From assembly GCA_000708835.1 (NCBI GenBank), contig DF237470.1, positions 1 through 64,000 on the forward strand: a stretch of 64,000 bases of DNA, written 5' to 3'. The notes beneath the pieces were generated by a model that did no database searches, was not told the DNA's origin, and saw only the letters and a program-made list of their open reading frames with translations. Shown piece after piece: positions 11,401-23,400 of the stretch. Numbering within the stretch: the first letter of the stretch is position 1; each line of letters begins with the position of its first letter. The stretch is from Klebsormidium nitens (taxonomy: Eukaryota; Plantae; Klebsormidiophyceae). A program made the translations under genes and the position numbers.

Positions 11401-14400
11401 CTGCTCAGGGGTGAGGACATCTGGGCGGCAAAGATTCTTCAAAACGACAGAATCAGTCAAGTAATTTGTCTGCATCATTGATACAACAAAAGCAGGGATG
11501 TTGGAATTGGTTGACGCCCGCTCCAGAGAATCATCCTCCAAAACATTTCCCAGTCGAAAGGAAAATCAACCCTCAATCACTACAGGGGAAAGGAGCAGAC
11601 TCGCACAGAGCTTACTCAGAAGGTACCCGGATGTCGACGTCCAGCTGTTCCGGCGACAGATGAATCAAGTTGACCGCGTATCCGAGGAACCCTTCAGGCG
11701 GCTGGCCGCGGATCATGGGGGAAGCGATGCTCAGCAGCTTTTGCTGGTGATTCTCCAAGATCTGTAGCAGGGGAAAACGGCGGTGTCAAAGGGATGACGA
11801 TTCGGCTTTCAGCCCCCTCGGTGCTATTTAGGGAGGTTTAAGGATCGTACTTCGCAGGATTGCTCCAGGGCAGCTATCGCGGCTGGAACAGGGCCTATAT
11901 TTGGGTTTTAGTTTTCTCGTCTCTTTCTTACCGGGAGTTGAGCAACTCGCGGCCCTAAACGAAATCTGCAAGCTAGTGCAGTTTCCTTTCAACCAAACAT
12001 TCTTAGTTAAGTAAAGCTTTTCTGGATCGCCAATATCCACAATCGCTGCTCAAAGCAGTGAGATCAAAGTTGTGCGTAAAAAAAGGCGACGAGCTCCAAT
12101 CCATGTCGGGGCAAGCTTCCCGTTCAGCTAGTGACACCATGCTAACCGAAAACACGGGGGTTAGGCGCCTCTCTCGACAGACCTAAACTTGTCAAAAGCC
12201 TGCCTAGATAATATCTCCACATCTTCCTCACAGATGGTGATGCTTGTGCCAAGCTTCAGCTGTGCTGGGAGCCTGATTTAGTTGAAAGTTGATTGTGCTT
12301 ATTCAACTCACCGGCCCAGAGAAGAAGTTGCGGGCGACTCCCGGCTTGTCCAGCGGGATGACGTCATAGCGGCCACGCAGCTCCACGTTGAGTCGTCCCG
12401 CTAGTCCTGCCAGTCCACGGGTACGGTCGATCGAGCCGTTGGGCGAGCGAACGTCGATACAAGCGGCTCTTCCTTCCTCGGTCTGTGGGAGGAAGAGCGT
12501 AGAGCGTTTAGCCTTAGGTTTTCGAATTGGAAGATATACGGTTAAGTGCCTGCATGGAGGTTACACCTGGCCTAGGCATTGACACGATGCACATGCCCGC
12601 ATCACTTCAAATCGTTGAGTGTAGTTCTTCAGAGATATTAGGGTCAGGAAACAAGTCAGCTTCAAAACAGCTGGACTGAGGAATTGCCAAGCGCTAACCT
12701 GCTTGTAAACGCAGGGCGAGCAGACCTTTGACAAATTCCTCAGAAGACATCCTTTTGAGTTGCCGGAGCGTGCTTTGAACCCGTCGATGCCTGCCCCCCT
12801 TAATCGCAGATTTAGGTACCCAACGTACGATCCGAGCATCTAGACGACGTAATCAATTCAAAGCCTTCATTGAGGCCTTCGGAATAGCGACACTGGACAA
12901 TCCAAACCCTACTCTTCTTCGTCGCTTCATGAAACCCATCCACAGTACAAGGCACAGACTTTAAACTTCGTCGTCTGCGCTGAGACACAGTAAAACAACA
13001 TACGGAAGCCGGCCCGCGGTTCGGTGCAGGCAGTTCACTTACCGTTTGCTCAGAACAAAAGGCAGGGACGCAAGACAATCGAGCTCACCCTGCAGACGAC
13101 GCTGTCCTTCTTGCCCCCGATCCATTCCATGAGCCGGGTATTGAGCGTATCGTCCTCCACCCGTCCCAGAAAGGCGACCACGCCTAGGAGCTCAGGCTCA
13201 AGGTCCGCCTGCCGAAAGTCGTCGGGGTGAAGGCCGCTACCAGGGGTCTGCATTGAACGCAAGAGTAATTGGTGCGTTTCGCCTTGCTTTTTGTCACTCT
13301 CAGAGTTCTTTCAATCCATTTAGAAGGGCAACCTCCTACGATTCAAAAGAATTGCTCGAAGAGGTTTCCAAAGGAGCGCCGTGGATGACTACGTACTTCA
13401 CCAGTGTTGTCGCACACTGAACTCAGCAGGCAGTGCCTCGTGGTCAGTCGGACTGCAGGGAAGCGTCGCAACGAATACCGTTTCGATGGATCTCAAAGAC
13501 ATTGTTTGCTCATGCTGTCCCCGTCTGAACCGGCTGAGACGAGTTCATCGATAACCCACCCTCGAAAAGGGTCTATGAATCATCATTTTCGAGCCGAAGA
13601 GCTCATAGGAGAGAGCGGAACTAAGCAACAGCCTGCCTACAACCCTGGCTTTACCAGGCAGCCCCAGTCGTGGGTCGCAGCCCTTCAACCCGTGCCAAGC
13701 GAAATGGGCCCCAGGCACCTTCATTGTGACCAATTTCAAGCACAAACAAACCGGATACTTTCTCGTTCGCCACTCAGAATCTAATGCGAAGCCCAACTGT
13801 AAGAAGATTGCAAATTCGCTATCCTGCACCGATCCCGCGAGGGTGCGCAACACGACTCATCTCATCTTCGACCCTTACAGCTCCGTGGCTACCTGATCCT
13901 TTCTAGTACAAAGATTGCAACCAGATTTCAATGTTCATTGCGCGAACGACCCACCTGTACCGCTAGTTGTGCCACCGCAGCCCACGGCCGCCTCCCCCGA
14001 AAGTCCTGCAAGACAGCCCGCGAGTTCCGCTGCCCCGCCGCCGTCTCCGCTCGCTCTAGTTCATGGATCCGCCGGGCCGCGGCGCGCGCTCTTATCTCCA
14101 GCTCACCGAGCTCCGTCGCCAACTGTTTTCGCGCGGTTTGGATGTGCGCGCGCTTGCTGGCGCTGGCCTGCGCTTTCTGGCTGATTGAGAGTTGCTCGGC
14201 GACGAGTCTCTCGAGCGCGGATCGCAAGCTGGCCTCCTTGTTCCTGGCGTCCTGCAAAGAAAAGAGGAAGCCTTATTTGAAAATGTACCCGCGTCGGTCT
14301 TCGTGGCTTCGACCGTGCCCTCAGAGATCGGCAACCCGATAGCCCGGACAGCAAAGATGCCGAGAGTCTAGGTGTTCACGTCGCAATCTCACATATCCAG

Positions 14401-17400
14401 CAGACCAATAAATTCCACTGTCAAAGCCGGTAGCAACCTGCAGCCTTATCGAATTTTGCTGTCTCAAGGTGTTAGAGCCTCGCGGTCCTTTAAAAGAACA
14501 CAAAAGCTGGGAGGAGAAGCGTCTTCTGCGGTGTATGTTTGCTGGACACAGAAAGGGTTATTTAGAACACGAGTGAATCCTCACTTTGTCCAGTATGTCA
14601 ATTGAGGTCGGACATTCGTAGCCCGAGAGAAACTCATGTTGCTAGATGCAGCATCAGAACAGCAATCCCTCCTCAGGGCTGTAAAACTGTTGTTTGATTA
14701 AAGCTACAGCTACCCACGCAGCTGAACCGGGAGGGTCAGACACACCTTTGCGCAAATTAGAGAACCCTATTGGACGGCTTTATCTGCGCTTCAAGAGCAT
14801 TTTCGCTGAGAAAAGGAAGCTCACTCTCAGAGCTCCGGTGAGCCGAGCTTTATCACCCAGAACATGCCCCTCCTCCTCCGGATTGCGGTATACAAAATGC
14901 GACTTCGCCTCCTTCAAGCTCTTCATCCACTCCTTCATTTCCTCCCGTGCCAGTTCGCTTTCCGCTAGCCCGCACGCAAAGCTGTAGATGCCCGCTCCGC
15001 CGGAACCCATCTTCACCGCTTCGAACACCGCCTTTCCGTCCGTCACAACCGCCTCGACCGTTCCGCCGTCGACAGCGGAAACTATCTCCGGAACCTCCGC
15101 ACTGCTGCTTCCCGCTTGGTCGCCCCTCACAAAAAGTGCCACCGCCAAGCCGCTGATTCTCGTGCAAACGTTTTTGTGCACGTCACGCAGCGTCACTTCC
15201 ACCGGGCGTCCGGCCTCCGCTAGCTCTTCTCCTTCCGCGACCGTTTTCCTCATCCTAGTTGCGAAGTGCAGCTCCGCGGGGAGACCGTGCCGGACCTCTA
15301 CGGACCTGACACGTGTCCTTGTGTCCTTTCTGCCAGAGCCCAGTTTGTACTCGTGCGTGTGGGAGAAGTCAAGGAAGTATTCGCCGGCCTTCGTAGGCAC
15401 CGGGACGTCGACGAAAGAGAAGCGGGTGACCTTCTCATCGGCCTCGTTTTCTGCCGCGCCTGCAAAAGCACAAGAGCATTATAAGACACAAAGCAGGGTT
15501 CAGATCAAACGAACGCTCAAGGTCTGCTCAGAAATGTCAACTCAATGCAGTGCATGTGAATCTTGATACCTGCTTGAAATTGTGGGGTGTGTTCAAAAGC
15601 GTAACACCGCGCTTTCTTGCTCGAGATTTGTAATAAAACCTGCTTGTGTCTGCGACACCGTGAGAGAGACTTTGTCGGAAGGCACTGTCAGACGGCTTCT
15701 TATAACCTCAATTCTGAGGTCTTCCTGATGTCAAACTATGTTTTCTGACCCAGAACCAGGTTACACGATGCAGATTCGATGCCAACCAGGCGGTCCGTCG
15801 GCCATTAGACCCTGACCAAAGCGGACTTTGGAGTCAACATGGGCCTTTGCTGCCATATCCGGTGGTCGAAACAAGCGGACTCAGAGATTGGAGTACGCGA
15901 GGCCCAGTCTGTGTCTCAAAACTTAGCTATGTACTCCCTACTTTCAGCCGCAACTGATCGTAGGAAACAGCTTACCTTCGCTTTTGACGGACTTCTCTTT
16001 CTTGACGGAGTCCTTGGTGCGCGCGCGCTTGGCAGGGCGCTCTTGCGCTGACGGGCCGGCTTCGTCGCTGTTCTCTCCGGCGCCCCCTTCCCGGTCAGCA
16101 CATTCGTCCTCCGCTTGAAGCCGTCCGATGAGTTCCTTGCCGACCATTTCACCGGTGTCGTGCCGCTTGATTTGCAAGACCGGAGGGTCAACCTGAAAGG
16201 TTGAATCTTGCATGAGATTCTAAGAAGTCGAGTTGTAAAAAGGCGGAACGTTTGAATGTAAGATCGGGTCGGCTTCCGAAGGATAAGGACAAGTGCTGAA
16301 CCTGCTGAAGTGGCGAGCGTTGACCACCAAAGGGCCGCAAAAGTGACCAGCAAAGGACTCTGTGCATGAATTTTTAAAGGGCTGCTGAAGCAATGGCCTC
16401 ACGCGACCAGCTCCACGATTCGCACACGTTTGACTACTTCATCTTTCAGTATTATCAGAATTGCTCCCTCGGCGTGTTTGCAAGGCCTCAGGTCAGAGCT
16501 GCAATGGGAGGAATGTCCATCAAAGAATACCGTGAATGCATTGGCAGATGAATTTGGCGCCTGGCAGGAAAGTTTCTTGGGACTTAAAGGACGGGGAGGT
16601 TTTCAGAGCCGAAACAAGACAAGCACATGACCTACTCAAGTCCGACTCGTGTGAACGGACGTGCAAGGACGCACTTGCGGTGACGTCAGCATGCCCTCGA
16701 CCCTGCGGCACGACACTCTGTCCGGTCGCCAGCAACAGTGACGTCAGTGGAGTATCCGGCCAGGCATGCAAGCCCGGTATTCCTCTCCCGATCGGCGATG
16801 GGCTTCAATGGCAACAAGCTGCCTCCGGAAGGACCAAAGAGATTGACAGTTGCAAACTTTTGTCAAGTGTATTCACCTCTTCCAAGCTCCGCAATCTGCA
16901 GCGATCCGCGGAGAGGAGGTCCACGTACAGCGTTTCCAGCACAGTCCCCGACTCCGACCCCAGGTCCACCGCCATTGGGCTAGGATCCGGAAGCCTGATA
17001 TCCCGCGGGTAGTTTCCCTCTTCGACTCTCAAATCGAATGTCGTGGGCTTCTCGAGACTGTTCTCCAGCCAGCAGTGGACGCGGTATTTCCCGGCTTCAA
17101 GTAATATTTGCGTTCTGCTGAACGTGACTTTGCCCTTGCGCATAGCGTCCACCCACCGCGCGCGCTGGCTTGCTGCCGCCGCATCGTACTGCGCTCCGAC
17201 CGGAGCAATCTCCTGTGAAAAAAAGGACCGAAAGAGTCTCAACGTGTGGCGCTTGTTGTTGGAAGTCCTAACTAAGAGCGCGGGCTGGATATATACAGTC
17301 GATGTCATCTGCGATCGCAGCCTACTGAACTCCGACCTGAGCAATTTCCTCCGATCTGAGCACGCGGGCCATCAATGAGTGGCGCAACTTGTTAGCGGGT

Positions 17401-20400
17401 ATAAAAGGCGGGCTAGAGCAACCGAACAGCCAAGAATCTTCCTGCCAGTTATGAACAACAGTGCCAGAAGAGCACGAAGACTGCCAAACGTTCACAACTG
17501 AAATGATGATCAACGACTCAGCCGAAGCAGACTTTGGTCTTTCAGAAACTTCAGCCGACCGTTTTAGACCCTTCTTGGTATTCAGGGACGAGGCTGGGTT
17601 GCTCAAGCCAAAACTGTAAACCAGCTTGGTGAGCCATATCCTGCAAATCCTAGCAAACCAAGTTCTCCAAATAAAGTTGCTGCATGCAATTTCAAAAGAG
17701 TTGACTGCCTCGTCAAAACCACTCAGTGAAGAGCCCGCAACTAAAAAACTGCTGCACACAGCACCTTAATCACCTCATGTGTTGTCCAAAGCCCTCCGCG
17801 GTACAATAGTGTGCGCAGAATGAAAACGGCTGTGCGCTTTGCATAACCTCAGCCTTGAAAAGATCTTGCACGCAGTTATAGCGCGAGGGACCTAGAAAAG
17901 TCCACTACATGTAAGCACTGAACTGACCGGAACCAGATAGCAGGCAAAGCTCAAAAGGAGGAGCAGTTGCACGCATAGGCTTTGTGTGCACAGGAGGGGT
18001 AGATAAGAGCTCACCACGATGCAGGACTCCCTGTCACGCTGCGTGCAGACATTCTCTTGCGAGTCAAACGCGCGCGCTGTCAGCCCGTCCAGCCACTCCC
18101 CCCGGACCATTCTCATCGTTGTGGTCACCGGCGACTCCTCCATGACCGCCTCCAGCTTATCGAACTCCCCCGCGCACAGCCGAATCTTCCACTTCGCGGC
18201 TAACCGTGCCTCCGCTCTCGGCTCTTCCATTGAATCCCTGCTCGTTTCCACTTCTGGGAGGGAGAGCTTCAGGTGGTAACTTCCGGCCACGCCTTCCAAG
18301 CGCGCGTCGATTGCGTACTCGTTCTCGGTCCCGTCTACGAGCTCCGCTTGAGACACGTGTCCGAGGGTGGCGGCGTCTTGTGCCTGGCCGTCGAGGGAGA
18401 GCCGCAACTGCAAGAAGCGAGGGATGCAAGTGAGCGGAATGACCTTCTAGATGCTGTTGAAACTTCCTCTTTGTGAAGCTGCGGAATACGAACCCCTCTT
18501 GTCTCTCTGCGCACCGAAAGGGGTACAGGCTCCATAGCGAGAACTCCAGCTTGTCAGCAACAGTTGCGTGTTCGGCAAAACAAAGCGGCTTGGCAATTGA
18601 ATCGAGATCGTTCTTTTCGGCTGGGTGAGCTCGCAGCTTGAATGAAAAATTGTTGAGACCGGTGTTGACATCATCTGCTTTGCTTACGTCAGAAGAGCCT
18701 AGGGTAGTGAACTTTTTGCTGGTCCCGCAGGCAGTACACTTAGCCAAGACAGACGTCCGCAAACCAGGACATACAGAAGCAGCCTGCATTGCGCTTGCGT
18801 TATTACGGGTACTTTCGTCGACAACCTTGAGTTTCAAAACACGAGTGCCCATAAGCCTCCATGCTAACCCGACCCACCTGTTGGAGGACGTCATTAGGGA
18901 GAGGTGCAGCCAGCTTGTTCGCATCGAACGACCGGAAAGAGAGCTTGGAAGTGGCCCCACAGGGCACCGACCCGGAGATAGACACGGGGTCCAGCATTCG
19001 GACGGGCCCGGCGTTGACTTGGATCTGCGATTGAGGAGGATTTAAGTCGATTACTTCCTCTCTTATTTCAATTCGCTGAGCGTTTTTGCGACCGACTTGG
19101 CCAGGCGACGTCATTAAGCAAAGCCGAGAAGTATTGTTTAGCGGTTTATGACAGGTAGATGCTTTGCAGCAACTCAAACAACAGCTCGATGCAGATTATA
19201 CATTGGAAAGAAGAGTCATCCTCCGGACAAAGCTTGGGAATGCTGCCAATATTAACCACTTTGTTGGTCATGACAAACCGCATTCATTGGCGTGCTTGCG
19301 GCTGTTTGACTCCTTTCTCGTACATAAGTCACTGGTTGTCAGATTTGAGCGATACGATGAAGCCCGAGGCAGACCTAGCCAGGCATCGTCAATCAAGATC
19401 GGAGTCAGACTCTCCGATTACATACTGATTGCCCTCTTAGTCAGTTGCGACCCCAGATCACGTGTTGGAATTCAACGCCAGAGAAACATCATATCAGAAG
19501 TCGTCAGGCTGGTCGCCCGTTTATTTCTTGCTTACCTTGACAGCCTTCTCGAGGTCGGTCCGAAGGCCCCCTCTCTGAACGGTCACCTTCAGCAGTCCGT
19601 CGACGACGCCCAGACGCCTTGGCAGAACCACCCCTTCCAGAACCGCCCGGCCGTTCTCGAAAGTCCTTCCGGGGGGGGCCTTCTTCGCCTTGGGATCCAG
19701 CCAGAGAGCCCAGGACCCTTCCGCGTCGCTGTCAAAGTTACCGTCCGGGTCTACCAGGGTTATCGTAACCTCATCCAAGGCCCCCCCGGCGATACCCGAC
19801 AGTTCTTCGCCGTCTTCGAGGTGTATGTGCAAGCCCACGACTTCGGCCGCTTTGCTCAGGAGCTCGGTGTCGCCTTGGCTGACAACGATCTTGCAGGTGG
19901 AGCCGTATGTCCCGCTCACCTGGGAATGCACAAAAATCTACTCAGACCCTGCCGTTACACTTTAGATGGATTCAAAAGATGTCCAGCGGCTTTTGCTCAT
20001 GCGCTGAAGCAGTTCGTCAAAGTGCGACCTTTAGCCAGAAAGGGTGCGCTCAGATGTTCCGGGTTTTTGCGGGCCATGAAGTCTGTTCTATCTTCGTGGG
20101 AATGCTCTGAAACAGCCCGTGCCAAAGGACTGCTGGCCCATCTTGTCTCGCGCTAGTTTGTCACTTCCACTCTTTGGTGGAAAGAAGCCTGGCTACAAAC
20201 GCGCAATCCCTGGCTTCCCTACAAAGTCGGCCTACGGAGCCCGGAATCACGTGATTCCAGATCTGGCAGCCAGATCGCTTTCCCGAGGCTTGCCTTTGCG
20301 AGAATCTAGTTGTAGAGTGTCTGCAGTGGCCGAGTTGCCATTCGTGGAGTCTGAAGGGTACCGCTTGAAGCTTGTGTAAAGCTGATGCAAGAATCAAATC

Positions 20401-23400
20401 CTCATAAGAGATTGAAAGAGCGATGCGTAGCGACATACCGTCAGCTCTCCACCCAGGCTAATCTGGCCGTTCTCGTCTGTTTCGTTGACGAGGTGCTTGT
20501 TGCCTCCCATCTCAAACCCGTCCAAGTCGATCGTGAGCTCCGTCCCCTTTTCCAGGGGGTTGCCGAACTGCAGAAAAGATCTCGTAGCTTAAGTTAGATA
20601 TGTACGAATTGATGCTAAAATAGCAAGCGGTAGGCACAAGGTACATCGCTCCGGTTTCAAAAGCGGCAAAGATCTTCAATTGTCCTGTCGAGCTTTTCAT
20701 GAATGACTTGAAGCTTTGCTGAAGAGTCTACATAGGTTGAGTCTCTAAACGGCACGTCGTCAGCTTGTGAGGTCGGCCTATCTAATACCGATGCTGGGTA
20801 TACAATCGACGCAAAAGCCAACCACCTGAAGAAGCTGTTTGAATGAGATGTATAGCACGCAGAATAAGCTCTGCTCGGCAGATCACGGAAATATGTGCAT
20901 TTACGGAAGAGCGCGCAGTCTCTATAATGAGTGAACGTTACAGAATAGATTACCTGGTCTCGGAAGGTCATCACAAACGAGTCGAAGACTTGGTCCGGTC
21001 GCAGAACAGTGGTGCCGTCCAAGGGCGGGTTGCTCTGCAACGAACACCTCTCCGCGTAACCAGGACCAGAATGCACTGCGAGTGAGAAGGAGTGGGTAAG
21101 AGAACGATTATGCGCCTGCAAGGCGATCCAAGGAGAGAGTGCTTCGTGGCGCCTTTCGGCGCCTTGAGGATGGTATTCAAGGATGGCTGACTTTAGCATA
21201 GTTTTTTCACGTAAGAAGATACGCGGACGGCAGAAAGACATGGGTCAGCCTGACTATGAAGCACTATCAATATGTGGAGCTTCCTGAAAGGCTCCAGTTG
21301 TGCCAAACCACGAGCCTTACGAGATTTCCAAGGGCAAAGGCGAAAGACTGTCAACAGTTGCGCGCTAATAGAAGTGCTGTGGAATTTTGCTCTCGAAACC
21401 GAGCACTGCGCGAACACCACAGTTCTCAGGTTAAAGCAAGCATAATGACCACATGTACGAGCCAGATTAAGAGTGCCCACTTGAGCTCTTACTCACATGT
21501 TAGGAAGATCTCGGCTTTATTGCGGTCCGCCGTCTCTTCCGACACGTCACTGACTACGTGCCGGAACACCGGCGCGTCTGACGCCGGCATCAGCCGCAGG
21601 CAAACCTCCCGCAGCTCCGGTGTGAGTGCTGACGTTAGGATGATGTCAGCCACTTCCAGCTCCATGCCATCGTCCGACACGCTTGATTCGCCGTGTTTGA
21701 GATTGATCCTGTCGGCTTCGATTGCCGAGTAAGGAGGCAATGCTGCGAAGAACTTGTGCCGGAGGGGAAGAGGAGCATCAAACGCTTTCCGATTCCTGGC
21801 AAGAAGCAAAAGCTGGTTAGAGGAGGGCCCGACCACCAAACGAAATCGAAGTCGAAGCAGGTTTCGATTAGACCCCTGAGGGGAGTGCAAACCCGTGAAT
21901 CCCGTTCAGATTTAGGGACCTCGACTAAATTTGGTGCCGAGCAGATGCCAAACTCTGCAGAGAAACCAAGGGAAAAGGATGCTCGCAACAAATGGTCAAA
22001 CTCAGACGTGCCATCAAGGTCAGCAGTCTGCTAGCCTAGATTGACACCAGCCGACGTATCTGAATTGTCCCGCTGATTTACTAAGCCAGCATCAGATTTT
22101 TCCGAGGAGGATCAACACTCACCCCAGTTTGTCTTCTTGTCGCACCCGCAGATTGAACGGTATCCCAAGCCGGACTGGCAGAGCATCGTCAGAACTGGTT
22201 GCTTCGGCAAGCCACCACTTGGCCACCGTGTCGCGCGGTCGAACCGTGATGGTCCGGACGAGCGGTTTTACAGGAGGGTCGTGTTGGCCGCTCTGGAGAG
22301 ATAAACGACCAAGCCAATGAGGCAAGACTAGAAACTCCTTGAAGCACGGCACGGACACTAAAAAACGATGAGCCAGGGTGAAAGCCGACGTCTTCGCAGA
22401 AGGGAGCCAACAAAGGGGGGCGAAAGATAGACGAAGGTGCAAAACGACTTAGGCGGACTTTGGACGACTGAAACGAAGATGGAACTAAAAGGATGTCATC
22501 AGGCCGCACAATTGGATGCAAAAACAAAGAGGGTCTGAGGACGGAGAACGAAAAGGAGGGAATGGCCGACAAGAAGGGAAGAGCAGCTTTGGACCAGAAG
22601 TAGAAGGCAGTGCGACAAAACATGTAAGGAATACTGACAAAAGGGAGCGGAACAGACTCGAACTTGGAAGAGATCGAGGACCGGGCAAAGATGGGGCGCA
22701 ATTACAACGGCTATAAATACAAGGAAGGGGTGCACTCTGACACCCGAACGAAAGGCTACATGACAGCTTACCACCACGAAAGTGAACCTGTAGGTTCCGG
22801 CTTCCCACAAGTAGGGCTTGCCCTTGACCGTGGGGAATGTGAAGAAGTACGTGGGGCCTTTGATCTTGGTTTGGCTTTCCAACCACACCGCAGCCTCTTT
22901 GTGACTGTACTCGCCCACCTCTCCGGCCGTGCTCGTGAATTGCACATCGAGTCGGACCTACAAATGAACGATGTGAAAGGTCAGTATCGTGCGCGTGCGT
23001 GTTTGGCATAGGCAGAGTGAAAGACCGCAGATGTGAATTGTCCGACCAGTCTCGGGTTCCTGACACTCCTACTCTTCGCCGTTGAGCAAAGGACTAAGAG
23101 ACCTTGAACGAAATGACCAGCATTTGTGGGATCTGATTGCCGATTGCGACTCTTTTGAGGGATTGCCCAGAATTAGATTTCGTCGAACTTGTCCTTGTCA
23201 AAACCTGCAGTAAAGCAAGAGAATTCTGGATTTTGGATTATGTGAACTTTGTTGTTACAATCAGCGCAACCTAAGAACTATCAAGTCCCCGCTAGTAAAC
23301 CAAGCTGACTAGTACGAATGATCTGTGGATCTCTTACCTCAAGTCGTTTCTGGACAATGTTGCATTTAGCGAGCCGTCCGCCCTTCGACTCTACTCGTGG

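Noticed and set aside
20439-20720. Apparent frameshift or extra exon in the GMI1-like gene near FGNP
   Set aside because: Recounting the G5 run at 20555-20559 shows DQ|FGNPLEKGTEL is in frame; no extra exon is needed.
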